From Oceanispirochaeta sp. (lineage in GTDB: Bacteria; Spirochaetota; Spirochaetia; DSM-2461), in the NCBI GenBank assembly GCA_963663385.2, contig CAXXXD010000003.1, positions 832,001 to 896,000 on the forward strand: a stretch of DNA of 64,000 nt, written 5' to 3'. Position 1 is the stretch's first letter. Each line of letters begins with the position of its first letter. Below are positions 38,485 to 48,452 of the stretch, piece by piece. The notes under the pieces were generated by a model that searched no databases, was not told the DNA's origin, and saw only the letters and a list, made by a program, of their open reading frames with translations. Made by a program: the position numbers and the translations under genes.

Positions 38485-39279
38485 ATGATGAGATCATTAT
38501 GGACCGCCGCTTCAGGAATGAACGGTCAGCAGTTTAATATCGATACGATTTCAAATAACCTGTCCAATGTGAATACGACTGGTTATAAACAGGTCAGGGC
38601 GGATTTTGAGGACCTGATCTATCAGACCAGCCGCATTGCCGGTACTCCTGCAACGGAAGATACAGTTGTTCCCACAGGTATTCAGGTCGGTCATGGTGTG
38701 AAAGTAGCGGCTTCCCAGAGGATGTTCACTCAGGGCTCTCTCCAGAATACCGGGAATGATTCGGATATTGCCATTATGGGCGAGGGATTCTACAGAACCC
38801 TGCAGATGGATGGCACATACGGTTATACCAGAGATGGAGCTTTTAAGATTGACAGTAACGGCCAGCTGGTAACTTCCAATGGAAACAAGGTCCTTCCGGA
38901 AGTGATTCTTCCAGAGGGTTTTATACGGGATTCTCTGGCTATCAGTCAGGATGGACGTATTAATGTCAAAATGCCGGGGAGTGACGATCCTGTCGAGGTA
39001 GGACAGATGCAGCTCTTCCGCTTTGTAAACCCGGCTGGACTTCAGGCTATCGGGGAAAACACTTTTAAAGTATCAAGCGCCTCCGGTGATCCTATCGGCG
39101 GTCGTCCCGGATTTGACGGGATGGGAAAGGTCTATCACAAATTTCTGGAAAACTCCAATGTGTCTGTAGTAAAAGAGATGGTCAGTATGATTGTGGCTCA
39201 GCGGGCCTACGAACTGAATTCAAAAGCTATTCAGACCTCGGATTCCATGCTGCAGATTGCTAATGGGCTGAAAAGATAA
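38485..39279 (+). CDS. flgG: Flagellar basal-body distal rod protein
   Basis: MMRSLWTAASGM..ISNNLSNVNTTGYK..FEDLIYQ, LENSNV..MIVAQRAYELNSKAI. Confidence 0.96.
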   Translation: MMRSLWTAASGMNGQQFNIDTISNNLSNVNTTGYKQVRADFEDLIYQTSRIAGTPATEDTVVPTGIQVGHGVKVAASQRMFTQGSLQNTGNDSDIAIMGEGFYRTLQMDGTYGYTRDGAFKIDSNGQLVTSNGNKVLPEVILPEGFIRDSLAISQDGRINVKMPGSDDPVEVGQMQLFRFVNPAGLQAIGENTFKVSSASGDPIGGRPGFDGMGKVYHKFLENSNVSVVKEMVSMIVAQRAYELNSKAIQTSDSMLQIANGLKR

Positions 39280-39293
39280 GGCGGATATAGAAC

Positions 39294-39638
39294 ATGAGTG
39301 ATAACATCAGCGCTTCAGGTCAGTTCTACTACCAGAATAACAGCCGTTCCGTGCTGGAAGCCTCTCTGAATACTGCAAAAGGTCAGAATCAGGCGGAAAT
39401 GGATAAACTGAAAGAAGCGTGCAGGGATTTTGAATCCCTCTTTGTAAAACAGATGCTGAATGCCATGAAGAAAACTGTAAACAAGACAGAGCTTGTCAAG
39501 AGGAATATGGGAGAGGATATCTTTGAGGATATGCTTTATGATGAATACGCCAAAAAAATGACCGAAACCGCAGGTTTGGGAATCGGTAGGATGATGTATC
39601 AACAGTTATCCCGGCAGCTTCCGGGAGATATTGTATAG
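39294..39638 (+). CDS. flgJ: Rod-binding protein FlgJ (short, no muramidase domain)
   Basis: KLKEACRDFESLFVKQML.AM.KTV, EDIFEDML.DEYA, GIG.MMY.QL. Confidence 0.88.
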   Translation: MSDNISASGQFYYQNNSRSVLEASLNTAKGQNQAEMDKLKEACRDFESLFVKQMLNAMKKTVNKTELVKRNMGEDIFEDMLYDEYAKKMTETAGLGIGRMMYQQLSRQLPGDIV

Positions 39639-39649
39639 ATTTTAATCCG

Positions 39650-39677
39650 GCCGGCTATTGAAAGCCGGCTTTTTTTT
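39650..39677 (+). terminator. Intrinsic terminator after flgJ
   Basis: GCCGGCT-ATTGAA-AGCCGGC followed by T8. Confidence 0.85.
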
Positions 39678-39844
39678 GGGTGATAGAATACATATTTACT
39701 ACTGATTTATGAGTTATAAAATAAGACTCTGTATAAAAAAATATACACATTAGACTCTCCGTATTGAAAGTGAAAAATAAAAATATTATATATTAAATGT
39801 TTTACAGTAATGAGATAATATTTTATTTGAGATGAAGTTTTTTT

Positions 39845-39861
39845 TTGGCCCTCTTTTTGCT
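39845..39861 (+). promoter_or_regulatory. sigma54 (-24/-12) promoter of the rpoS-like gene
   Basis: TTGGCCCTCTTTTTGCT, exact GG-N10-GC spacing, 25 nt before ATG 39886. Confidence 0.75.
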
Positions 39862-39885
39862 TATATAAGGGTAGGGGGTGATACA

Positions 39886-40725
39886 ATGAAATATTCATCA
39901 GACACTAGTTTCGATTCCAGTATGAAATTTTATCTGGAAGAGATCTCCCGGTATCCTTTACTCTGTTTTGAAGAAGAAATGGACCTGGCCGAAAGAATCA
40001 GCAAAGGCGATATGATAGCCAGGCAGAAATTGATTAATTCCAATCTACGGCTTGTAGTGAAATTGGCAAGAGCCTATAAAGTATCAGGTGTAAGTCTTCT
40101 GGATCTTGTTCAGGAAGGGAATCTCGGTTTAATTAAAGCTGCCGAACGTTATGATTATAATAAAAAGGTCCGCTTCTGTACCTATGCCGTATGGTGGATA
40201 AAGCAGGCCATTACCAGATTTCTTACAGACAGGAGCCGTTCTATCCGTCTGCCCTACAGAAAGGAGGAAGCCCTTCGGCATATTCAGGAGTTTATCATGA
40301 TCTTTTCGTCCGAAGAGATGCGTTCTCCCTCGCTGAAGGAGATTTCCGAAGGTACGGGAGTAAAGTACAGCGATGTGGTTTCAATAATGGAGTTTTCGTC
40401 CAATCCGGTATCTCTCTATTCGGAAACAAATATTGATAACGGAACCCTTATCGATTTTCTTGAGGATAGTAACTATAATCCCGACAATGAGCTGTTTAAA
40501 AAATGTGCAGAAGAGGATATGCGGGATTCTCTGAGAAAACTGAAGCAGAAAGAGAGGGATATTCTGAAATTCCGCTACAATTTTGTGGATGGGAAGAAGC
40601 ATACACTGAAGACAATTGGAGAACATATGGGAATTTCTCCTGAAACGGTTCGACAGATTGAAATAAGAGCTCTGAAGAAGCTGAAGGAACAGGCCGGGGA
40701 CCTTAAGGAGTATATGCATTCCTGA
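39886..40725 (+). CDS. rpoS: Alternative sigma70-family factor (RpoS-like, lacks region 1.1)
   Basis: YLEEI..PLL..EEE, NLRLVV, DLVQEGNLGL.KAAE.YD, RFCTYAVWWIKQ, TL..IG..MGIS.ETVRQIE. Confidence 0.8.
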   Translation: MKYSSDTSFDSSMKFYLEEISRYPLLCFEEEMDLAERISKGDMIARQKLINSNLRLVVKLARAYKVSGVSLLDLVQEGNLGLIKAAERYDYNKKVRFCTYAVWWIKQAITRFLTDRSRSIRLPYRKEEALRHIQEFIMIFSSEEMRSPSLKEISEGTGVKYSDVVSIMEFSSNPVSLYSETNIDNGTLIDFLEDSNYNPDNELFKKCAEEDMRDSLRKLKQKERDILKFRYNFVDGKKHTLKTIGEHMGISPETVRQIEIRALKKLKEQAGDLKEYMHS

Positions 40726-40770
40726 TATCCATCGTATTGACGATACCTTCAATTATACTTAAATTAAGAG

Positions 40771-40802
40771 AGCAGAATCCTTTGGAGGATTCTGCTTTTT
40801 TT
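40771..40802 (+). terminator. Intrinsic terminator after the rpoS-like gene
   Basis: AGCAGAATCCT-TTGG-AGGATTCTGCT followed by a T-tract. Confidence 0.85.
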
Positions 40803-40824
40803 CGTTCCGGACAAGGGAGTATAA

Positions 40825-41838
40825 ATGAAAGTATTGGGAATAGAAACATCCTGTGATGAGTGTGCCGCATCAATTGTGGAAGACGGCAGGATAATCCATA
40901 GCAATGTAATAGCCACACAGCTGGATCTCCATCAGCCCTACCAGGGGGTGGTTCCGGAAATAGCTTCCCGACTTCATACCGAGTGGATCCATTCGGTTGT
41001 TCTGCAGTCTCTTGATGAAGCGGGGATGACAGTCAGGGATCTGGATGCCGCAGCAGCTTCCAATCGTCCCGGACTGGTTGGTTCTCTTCTTGTTGGTGTA
41101 TCCTTCATAAAGGGCCTGGCATACGCTCTGGACATCCCTTTTGTGGGAGTTGATCATGTGAGAGCGCACCTTTATGCACCCCACCTTGAGCAGGATATCG
41201 AGTATCCCTATCTGGGTCTCCTTGTATCGGGGGGGCACTCTGTTATTTCGATTGTCCGGGGATTCGATGATATAGAAGTGCTGGGTACAACCATTGATGA
41301 TGCCTGTGGAGAAGCCTTTGATAAGGTGGCCAAGTTCTATAACATGGGGTACCCGGGAGGTATCGCCATAGATAAACTGGCACAGAGGGGCAATTCCAGG
41401 GCTTTTAATTTTCCCAGTCCCAACCTTCACAAGGGCGATCATGATTATGATGTTTCCTATTCCGGTCTTAAAACGGCGGTAGTCAACCAATTGGATCAGT
41501 TCTGGAACAGGGAATATGAAAAGACTCCCGAGAACATTGCCGCTTCCTTTCAGAAACGGGCTATCGGGATATTGATAAAGAAACTCAGGAAGGCCGTTAA
41601 AGATACGGGGATTAAACGGGTAGTAGCGGGAGGCGGTGTGTCTGCCAACTCCTATCTCCGTTCGGAATTGAAAAATATGAACCAGATTGAAACCTACTAT
41701 CCCTCTCTGAAACTCTGTACGGATAACGGTGCCATGATTGCAGGTATTGCCTATCATTATCTGAAAAGAGGAGATCGGGATGATCTGTCTCTCAGCGCCA
41801 GCGCCAGGGTACCTTCATTTAAACGGAGATACCCCTGA
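40825..41838 (+). CDS. tsaD: tRNA t6A biosynthesis protein TsaD
   Basis: LGIETSCDE, GVVPEIASR.H, HVRAH, VSGGH, DDACGEAFDK, CTDNGAMI. Confidence 0.97.
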   Translation: MKVLGIETSCDECAASIVEDGRIIHSNVIATQLDLHQPYQGVVPEIASRLHTEWIHSVVLQSLDEAGMTVRDLDAAAASNRPGLVGSLLVGVSFIKGLAYALDIPFVGVDHVRAHLYAPHLEQDIEYPYLGLLVSGGHSVISIVRGFDDIEVLGTTIDDACGEAFDKVAKFYNMGYPGGIAIDKLAQRGNSRAFNFPSPNLHKGDHDYDVSYSGLKTAVVNQLDQFWNREYEKTPENIAASFQKRAIGILIKKLRKAVKDTGIKRVVAGGGVSANSYLRSELKNMNQIETYYPSLKLCTDNGAMIAGIAYHYLKRGDRDDLSLSASARVPSFKRRYP

Positions 41839-41937
41839 CAGCCTGCCGACTTGAATAAATCGGGTTTTATCGGTTATTGTAAATGGTCGTGTCAAATGGT
41901 ATTGCACGGCTATTTGTTTTTATAACAGGAGAAACTA

Positions 41938-42477
41938 ATGAGCAGTTCATTTAATCTGGATGATTCAATCCGGAAGGTTCCGGACTTCCCTCACAAGGGC
42001 ATACTCTATTACGATATTACCAGTATTCTGACTAATCCTGAAGCTTTTTCATGGTGTATTGATGAGATGTGTGCTTACTATGCGGATAAGAAGATTGATG
42101 CAGTGGCAGCAGTCGAATCCAGAGGGTTTATTTTTTCGGCCCCCTTTGCCAAAGCGATGGGGATTCCTCTCATCCTTGTTCGAAAAGCCGGTAAACTGCC
42201 AGGGGTCACACTCAAAAAATCCTATCAGCTGGAGTACGGCAAAGCGGAAGTGGAGATTCATCAGAAAGATGTTCCCCAGGGTAAAAATGTTCTCCTTGTT
42301 GACGACCTTCTGGCAACAGGCGGTACTATGGGCGCTGCGGTGGAGCTGCTGACTATGGGCGGCGCCAATGTAAAACATATATTCGGTGTTATCGGTCTGC
42401 CCTTTCTGGGATTTGCCGAAAAGCTTCCCCATATAGAAGTTAAAACACTTATCGATTACCATAGTGAAACTGTTTAG
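41938..42477 (+). CDS. apt: Adenine phosphoribosyltransferase
   Basis: PDFP.KGI.YYDI, ESRGF, RKAGKLP, LEYG, VDDLLATGGT. Confidence 0.97.
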   Translation: MSSSFNLDDSIRKVPDFPHKGILYYDITSILTNPEAFSWCIDEMCAYYADKKIDAVAAVESRGFIFSAPFAKAMGIPLILVRKAGKLPGVTLKKSYQLEYGKAEVEIHQKDVPQGKNVLLVDDLLATGGTMGAAVELLTMGGANVKHIFGVIGLPFLGFAEKLPHIEVKTLIDYHSETV

Positions 42478-42531
42478 GACGCAGGTTTTAACCATAAAAA
42501 ATCAATCTGAGGAATTTTTTTTTGATTCGTA

Positions 42532-42560
42532 TTGACAGAAAAAGGCAATCATTATATTAT
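42532..42560 (+). promoter_or_regulatory. sigma70 promoter of the tRNA pair
   Basis: TTGACA-N17-TATTAT. Confidence 0.8.
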
Positions 42561-42624
42561 CGCCACAGATTGAAACAACAAGCCTGATGCAACAGCAGGT
42601 ACGGCAGGGTGTTTCAGGAAATAT

Positions 42625-42696
42625 TTCCCGATAGTGTAATTGGTAACACTGCAGATTCTGGTTCTGCCTTTGGGGGTTCGAGTCCTCCTCGGGAAG
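42625..42696 (+). tRNA. tRNA-Gln (anticodon CTG)
   Basis: Acceptor TTCCCGA/TCGGGAA, anticodon arm GCAGA-TTCTGGT-TCTGC, T loop GGTTCGAGTCC; CCA not encoded. Confidence 0.95.
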
Positions 42697-42712
42697 ATAT
42701 CCTACATACAGA

Positions 42713-42784
42713 GGTCCCTTCGTCTAACGGTGAGGACAGGAGATTCTCATTCTTCAAATAGGGGTTCGATTCCCCTAGGGACTA
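42713..42784 (+). tRNA. tRNA-Glu (anticodon CTC)
   Basis: Acceptor GGTCCCT/AGGGACT, anticodon arm GGAGA-TTCTCAT-TCTTC, T loop GGTTCGATTCC; CCA not encoded. Confidence 0.95.
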
Positions 42785-42785
42785 T

Positions 42786-42814
42786 AACCGGCTCATTATT
42801 AAGCCGGTTTTTTT
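42786..42814 (+). terminator. Intrinsic terminator after the tRNAs
   Basis: AACCGGCT...AGCCGGTT followed by a T-tract. Confidence 0.85.
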
Positions 42815-42833
42815 GTAAATAAATGGTTTTTGC

Positions 42834-42872
42834 TATGTATATTTATTTACAAAATCTGTATAAATATTTATC
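42834..42872 (+). promoter_or_regulatory. Tandem ARG-box-like sites upstream of carAB
   Basis: TGTATATTTATTTA and TGTATAAATATTTA, 21 bp apart. Confidence 0.55.
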
Positions 42873-42885
42873 TGAGGGGTGTTAT

Positions 42886-44040
42886 ATGCAGGAAAAGGCA
42901 TACCTCGTTCTGGAAGACGGTACAGTCTTTCCGGGAAAGGGGTTTGGTGAAGCGGCTCCCAGGGTCTCTGCTCTGGCAGATGAGCCTGGGAAACCTTTTG
43001 GAGAAGTAGTTTTTAATACGGGAATGTCCGGTTACCATGAGATTCTTACAGATCCTTCCTATACCGGTCAGCTTGTAACAATGACATATCCTCATATTGG
43101 AAACTATGGAACCGATCAGGAATGGTCTGAAAGCGGACCGGAACCCGGTTCCCGAAAGGAGATTAAAGTATCCGGTTTTATTATCCGGTCCCTGTATGAT
43201 GGTCCTCTGCCCGAAGGGCGGATTTCTCTCCATTCTTTCCTGGTAAAAAGCGGGGTTTCCGGTATTTCCGGAGTTGATACGCGTCGTTTGACTCTCAGGT
43301 TGAGAGATCTCGGCAGCTGTAACGGTATAATTGTCAAACTGGATGACGGTAAAACGGTCTGGGATGATACTGATACAAAAAAAGTTATGGAATATTTACA
43401 ATCCCTGCCTTCCATGGAAGGGCAGAATCTCATTGGAGACGTCGGGACTGCCGAGTCTGTCGAAATTGATGGGGACGGACCTCATGTGGCGCTCCTTGAT
43501 TGCGGGATTAAAGCAAATATTATAAGGGAACTGGAATCGAGGAACTGTAGAGTTTCCCTATTGCCTTCGGACGCCGATTGGGATGATTTGAAAAAAATCA
43601 ATCCTGACGGCGTTTTTTTGTCGAATGGTCCCGGGGATCCTGCGGTGCTGCATAAACAGATAGATTTTGCCAGATCTGTTCTGGGGAAATATCCACTGGT
43701 CGGGATCTGCCTGGGGCATCAGATAATCGGACAGGCTATAGGGGCCAGAACCTATAAAATGAAATTCGGCCATCACGGCTGTAATCATCCTGTCAGAGAC
43801 GAAGAGAGCGGGAAGGTTTTCGTTACATCCCAGAACCACGGTTTTGCGATAGAAGAGGGTACTCTTCCCGAGGGTGTTACTGTTCGTTTCAGAAATGCCA
43901 ACGATCAGTCGGTGGAAGGCCTGGAATGGAAGGAGAAAAAGGTAATGTGCGTGCAGTACCATCCGGAAGCAGCACCTGGTCCTGTCGATTCCAGTTGGAT
44001 TTTTGATGCCTTTCTTGATGTAATTAAAGCTGATAGATAG
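42886..44040 (+). CDS. carA: Carbamoyl-phosphate synthase small subunit
   Basis: GEVVFNTGMSGY.E.LTDPSY.GQ, SNGPGDP, GICLGHQ, TSQNHG, QYHPEA. Confidence 0.97.
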   Translation: MQEKAYLVLEDGTVFPGKGFGEAAPRVSALADEPGKPFGEVVFNTGMSGYHEILTDPSYTGQLVTMTYPHIGNYGTDQEWSESGPEPGSRKEIKVSGFIIRSLYDGPLPEGRISLHSFLVKSGVSGISGVDTRRLTLRLRDLGSCNGIIVKLDDGKTVWDDTDTKKVMEYLQSLPSMEGQNLIGDVGTAESVEIDGDGPHVALLDCGIKANIIRELESRNCRVSLLPSDADWDDLKKINPDGVFLSNGPGDPAVLHKQIDFARSVLGKYPLVGICLGHQIIGQAIGARTYKMKFGHHGCNHPVRDEESGKVFVTSQNHGFAIEEGTLPEGVTVRFRNANDQSVEGLEWKEKKVMCVQYHPEAAPGPVDSSWIFDAFLDVIKADR

Positions 44041-44058
44041 CGAGTGTGAGGAGAAATA

Positions 44059-47000
44059 ATGCCTGCCAGAAGAGATATACATAAGATACTGATTATCGGA
44101 TCGGGGCCGATTATTATCGGTCAGGCCTGTGAGTTCGATTACTCGGGAACACAAGCTGTGAAAGCTTTAAAGGAAGAGGGGTATGAAGTTCTGCTGGTGA
44201 ACCCCAATCCGGCTACGGTTATGACTACCCCCGGTATTGCGGACCGCATTTATGTAGAACCCCTTACCGTTAAATATGTAACCGAGATTATCCGGACAGA
44301 ACGGCCCGATGCCATCCTGTCTACCATGGGCGGGCAAACCGCTTTGAATCTGACTCTGGACCTCGAAGCTGAAGGGGTTCTGGATAAATACAATGTTGAA
44401 GTAATCGGCGCCGGAACAAAATCGATTCATCTGGCCGAAGACAGGGGAGAATTTAAAAAGGTTGTGGATTCTCTCGGTCTGGAATCACCCCGTTCCATAA
44501 CAACTAAAACCGTTGCGGGCGCTTTAAAGCTTGAAGGCGAGGTAGGGCTGCCTCTTGTTATCCGTCCGAGTTTTACTCTGGGCGGAATGGGTGGAAGCAT
44601 TGCCTATTCTCATGAAGAGCTTCAGGATCTGGTAGAAAAAGCCCTGAATGAAAGCCCTGTAGGGGAAGCTCTGATTGAAGAGTCTCTTATCGGCTGGAAA
44701 GAGTTTGAAATGGAAGTTATGAGGGATAAGGCGGATAATGCCATTATAGTCTGTTCCATTGAAAATATAGATCCCATGGGTGTGCATACGGGAGACAGTA
44801 TTACCATTGCTCCCATACAGACTCTGGATGACAGGGCGTTTCAGAAGATGAGAACCGCATCAATCGATATCCTCAGGGCTATCGGTGTGGACTGCGGCGG
44901 ATCTAACGTACAGTTTGCCGTTAAACCTGATACGGGACGGATGATTGTTATTGAAATGAATCCCCGTGTATCCCGGTCTTCCGCACTGGCCAGCAAGGCA
45001 ACCGGATTTCCTATTGCCCGGTGCAGCGCCAAACTGGCTGTAGGTTATACCCTGGATGAAGTAACCAACGAAATTACCGGTAAAACAGCCTCCTGTTTTG
45101 AACCGGCTCTTGACTACTGCGCCGTGAAGGTGCCCCGTTTTGAAATGGAGAAGTTTCCTACCGGATATTCTGCATTGGGAACGCAGATGAAGTCTGTGGG
45201 CGAGGCCCTGGCACTGGGAAGAACGACTCTGGAAGCATTGAATAAAGCTATCCGGGCATCCGAAACCGGTTTTGACGGCTTGACCGATCTGAAAGAACTG
45301 AGCGACAGCGATCTGAATACCATTCTGACTACGGCTCACCCCCGTCGTCTGCTGGGTGCCTATACATGGCTTAAGCGGAACAGGGAAGCTGATCTTCAGG
45401 TGCTGGCGGATATGACCGGTTTTAACAGCTGGTTTCTCTATCAGCTGAAGTCGATGGTAAACCTGGAGCAGGATATTTCAGAGGCGGGTGAGTTGAGTGA
45501 GGAACTTCTTCTGGAAGCCAAAAAAGCCGGGTTGTCTGATGCCAGAATCGCAGAGCTGACAGGAAAGGATAAAGAGGATATCAGGGTCCTCAGGGCTTCC
45601 TTTGGTATGGATCCCTCTTTTCACTTCGTAGATACCTGCGCCGGTGAGATTGATGCCTCCACGCCCTACTTCTATTCAACCTGGGGTGAGATTGATGAAG
45701 GAACTCCCACGGGCGAAGGCGGAGTGATTATTCTGGCCTCCGGTCCCAACAGAATCGGTCAGGGTCTTGAGTTTGATACCTGCTGTACCCTTGCTTCCAT
45801 GAGTTACAGGGAAAAGGGGTATAAGACCATAATGATTAACTCCAATCCGGAAACCGTATCAACAGACTTTAATATTTCCGATCGTCTGTATATGGAGCCG
45901 CTTACAGCCGAGAGTGTTCTTCAGATCATGAAAAAGGAGGATGTCAGAAAAGTTGTTGTTCAGCTGGGCGGGCAGACTCCCCTTAATATGGTCGAAGAGC
46001 TGGAAGCATCTGGTGCGGAAGTTATCGGTACATCAGTGGATAATATCAATATGGCGGAAGATAGAAAGCTTTTCTCTGCCGCCATGAATAAACTGGGATT
46101 GACCCAGCCCAATAACAAGAGTGCCGTAACCCCCGAGGAAGTGGCCCAGTTTTCAAAGGATATCGGGTTTCCCGTTCTATTGAGACCCTCGTTTGTTCTG
46201 GGGGGAAGGAGTATGTTTATAGCGTATTCCGAGAAGGAGCTGGAAATCTTCCTGAGTAAGGGCATTCCCATCTCTCAGGAGAGGCCGGTTCTGGTGGATC
46301 AGTTTCTGGAGGATGCATTTGAGTATGATCTCGATGCTGTATCAGACGGTGAGAATGTCTATATAGGCGGTATTATGCAGCACATCGAGGCAGCCGGTAT
46401 TCATTCAGGGGATTCCGCCTGTGTGTTTCCGCCCTATAAGTCCACTCCCGAAATTCTGGAAGAGATGGCAAGTGCCGCCGCTTCCATAGCAAGGGAATTC
46501 CAGGTGAAGGGTTTTCTGAATATTCAGTTTGCGGTCAAGGATAATGTTCTGTACATTCTGGAAGTCAATCCGAGAGGATCCCGTACGGTTCCGTTCCTTT
46601 CCAAGGCATCCGGTGTGAATCTGATTGATGCGGTTGTAAATGTCTGGAACGGGAAGGATCTGAAAGAGCAGGGGCTTGTTGATGATTCGGGAATGGGGCA
46701 GGGGTACTGCCAAACCGGGTGGGCTGTAAAGGAGGCTGTATTCTCCTTTGACAGGTTTGCCGGACTTGATCCTGTACTGGGCCCTGAAATGAAATCAACC
46801 GGAGAAGCTATCGGGATCGGAAAAACCTATGGAGAGGCTTTTGCCAAGGTCCAAGCCGCAACAGGCTGCTTTCTGCCTACAAAAGGCCGGGTTTTTGTTT
46901 CCATCAATGATAAGGATAAGGAGACGATTCTGCCTATTGTCAAAGACCTTCATGAAATGGGATTTGAAATCGCCGCCACAAGGGGGACGGCCGACTTCCT

Positions 47001-47277
47001 GTATAAGCAGGGGATTTTTGCCGAGGTTATTCTAAAGCTGCATGAGGGGCATCCCAATGTTGTGGATCATATGAGAAGCGGCAGGATCAACCTGCTGATC
47101 AATACGCCCCTCGGAAGGTTCTCTCAGATTCAGGATGAGGATATCCGGACGGAAGCTGTCAGAAGGAAGGTCCCCTATACGACGACGACCAGTGCTGCTC
47201 AGGCGGCGGTTGTTGGAATCCGTTATTTAAAGGATGAAAAAGTTTCGGTAGAACCCCTTCCGGAAACTATCCGTTAA
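44059..47277 (+). CDS. carB: Carbamoyl-phosphate synthase large subunit
   Basis: [17 protein letters not shown], two ATP-grasp halves, [12 protein letters not shown]-terminal MGS-like domain. Confidence 0.98.
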   Translation: MPARRDIHKILIIGSGPIIIGQACEFDYSGTQAVKALKEEGYEVLLVNPNPATVMTTPGIADRIYVEPLTVKYVTEIIRTERPDAILSTMGGQTALNLTLDLEAEGVLDKYNVEVIGAGTKSIHLAEDRGEFKKVVDSLGLESPRSITTKTVAGALKLEGEVGLPLVIRPSFTLGGMGGSIAYSHEELQDLVEKALNESPVGEALIEESLIGWKEFEMEVMRDKADNAIIVCSIENIDPMGVHTGDSITIAPIQTLDDRAFQKMRTASIDILRAIGVDCGGSNVQFAVKPDTGRMIVIEMNPRVSRSSALASKATGFPIARCSAKLAVGYTLDEVTNEITGKTASCFEPALDYCAVKVPRFEMEKFPTGYSALGTQMKSVGEALALGRTTLEALNKAIRASETGFDGLTDLKELSDSDLNTILTTAHPRRLLGAYTWLKRNREADLQVLADMTGFNSWFLYQLKSMVNLEQDISEAGELSEELLLEAKKAGLSDARIAELTGKDKEDIRVLRASFGMDPSFHFVDTCAGEIDASTPYFYSTWGEIDEGTPTGEGGVIILASGPNRIGQGLEFDTCCTLASMSYREKGYKTIMINSNPETVSTDFNISDRLYMEPLTAESVLQIMKKEDVRKVVVQLGGQTPLNMVEELEASGAEVIGTSVDNINMAEDRKLFSAAMNKLGLTQPNNKSAVTPEEVAQFSKDIGFPVLLRPSFVLGGRSMFIAYSEKELEIFLSKGIPISQERPVLVDQFLEDAFEYDLDAVSDGENVYIGGIMQHIEAAGIHSGDSACVFPPYKSTPEILEEMASAAASIAREFQVKGFLNIQFAVKDNVLYILEVNPRGSRTVPFLSKASGVNLIDAVVNVWNGKDLKEQGLVDDSGMGQGYCQTGWAVKEAVFSFDRFAGLDPVLGPEMKSTGEAIGIGKTYGEAFAKVQAATGCFLPTKGRVFVSINDKDKETILPIVKDLHEMGFEIAATRGTADFLYKQGIFAEVILKLHEGHPNVVDHMRSGRINLLINTPLGRFSQIQDEDIRTEAVRRKVPYTTTTSAAQAAVVGIRYLKDEKVSVEPLPETIR

Positions 47278-47289
47278 CCTTGGGGCTAA

Positions 47290-47334
47290 AATAAATATGC
47301 AGGGACGGAGATCTCCGGTTCCTGCATATTTATT
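47290..47334. terminator. Bidirectional terminator between convergent genes
   Basis: AATAAATATGCAGG...CCTGCATATTTATT long inverted repeat. Confidence 0.8.
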
Positions 47335-47350
47335 ATTCCGGATCTGGCAA

Positions 47351-48088
47351 TTAATCAGCCCGGCTGACGTTACCCAGGCCGGTTACTTTCAAATTATTCC
47401 TGTCTGCTTTTCCTGAGTATTCAATGTTCCCCAGTCCCGACAGGTTTCCGCTTAGCTCTCCGCCGTCCATATTCAGGGTGATCGATCCCAATCCGCTCAA
47501 CTGGACGTCGGCGTTTACTGTTTTTACATCAGAAAGGTCTATGCTCCCTGTACCGGAGAGGGTTATAACCGCCTTGTCGAAACTGCTGTTTTCTCCCTCG
47601 ATATCAGCAACACCGCTGCAGTCTATGGTCAGTTCCTTCCCTTTGAATCCTGTAAAAACGATACTGCATACGGATTTGCCGGTTATTTTCTCAAGATTGG
47701 GAACTGTCAGGATCAACTGCGGTGTGCTCCGGCTGTTTTTACTGTCCCAATCGTTTTCCAGAATAAAGGTGTCTCCCCTTTCCACCCAGGTAATTCTTTC
47801 CGGATCATAAGAGTCCGGAAGGGTGAGAGTGGCCGAAGCTGCAGGTCCCTTCCGGATGCTGCAGTCCCAGATTCCTGATAATGTGAGGCTGTCGATAGAG
47901 CTGCCAAGGGAGATTGTGCGTTTATCCCCCTGCAGAGTTCTGCTATTGCTGTTCAGCAGGATTGCATTGCTGCCGCTCCTGTTACCGGCCATAAAGCGGA
48001 AAGAGATGATGAGGCTGAAGATAAGGATAATCAGGAAGATAACAAGTCCTCCCAGAATAGCTGTACTCGTTCGTAATTTATGTTTCAT
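47351..48088 (-). CDS. DUF2807/GIN (adhesin head-like) domain membrane-anchored protein
   Basis: N-terminal TM, repeated LSG.G.I units, GNIEYSG..V.GLG.V tail. Confidence 0.75.
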   Translation of the reverse strand: MKHKLRTSTAILGGLVIFLIILIFSLIISFRFMAGNRSGSNAILLNSNSRTLQGDKRTISLGSSIDSLTLSGIWDCSIRKGPAASATLTLPDSYDPERITWVERGDTFILENDWDSKNSRSTPQLILTVPNLEKITGKSVCSIVFTGFKGKELTIDCSGVADIEGENSSFDKAVITLSGTGSIDLSDVKTVNADVQLSGLGSITLNMDGGELSGNLSGLGNIEYSGKADRNNLKVTGLGNVSRAD

Positions 48089-48452
48089 TGCTGTTTCTCC
48101 TAAACTCGTCATAGTATTCAATAAGGGTATCTTTTCCTATTTTAAGCAGTTCCATAGTGCGGAACAGTTGAGGCAGTTCTTTCTGAAGAAACTGTTCCTG
48201 CCGGGAGGACAGGGTTTTTTGCGCTGCTTCCGGCGTCAGGAAATAGCCGATACCCCTCTGATTACGGATAATCCCTTTTTCCTGCAGATAGGCGTAGGTT
48301 TTGATAACCGTATTGGGATTGACCTGAAAGGAAGCCGCTGTCTCCCTGACTGAGGGAATCCGGTCCTCCGCCTTCAGAGAACCTGAAAGAACCTGATCAC
48401 AGAAATCATCTGCTATCTGGATAAATATAGGCCGGTTCTCTTTAAACTCCAT
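48078..48452 (-). CDS. GntR-family (YtrA subfamily) regulator
   Basis: PIFIQI..RIPSVRE.A..FQVNPNTV..Y..L..GI...RG.GYF. Confidence 0.93.
   Translation of the reverse strand: MEFKENRPIFIQIADDFCDQVLSGSLKAEDRIPSVRETAASFQVNPNTVIKTYAYLQEKGIIRNQRGIGYFLTPEAAQKTLSSRQEQFLQKELPQLFRTMELLKIGKDTLIEYYDEFRRNSNET

Noticed and set aside
40737..40802. Small RNA from TTGACG-N17-TAAATT to the following terminator
   Set aside because: Transcript would be only about 30 nt; the hairpin is adequately explained as the rpoS terminator
41880..41937. Purine riboswitch upstream of apt
   Set aside because: Only a single small hairpin; no three-way junction consensus
42640..42822. 60-aa ORF
   Set aside because: Overlaps the two tRNA genes
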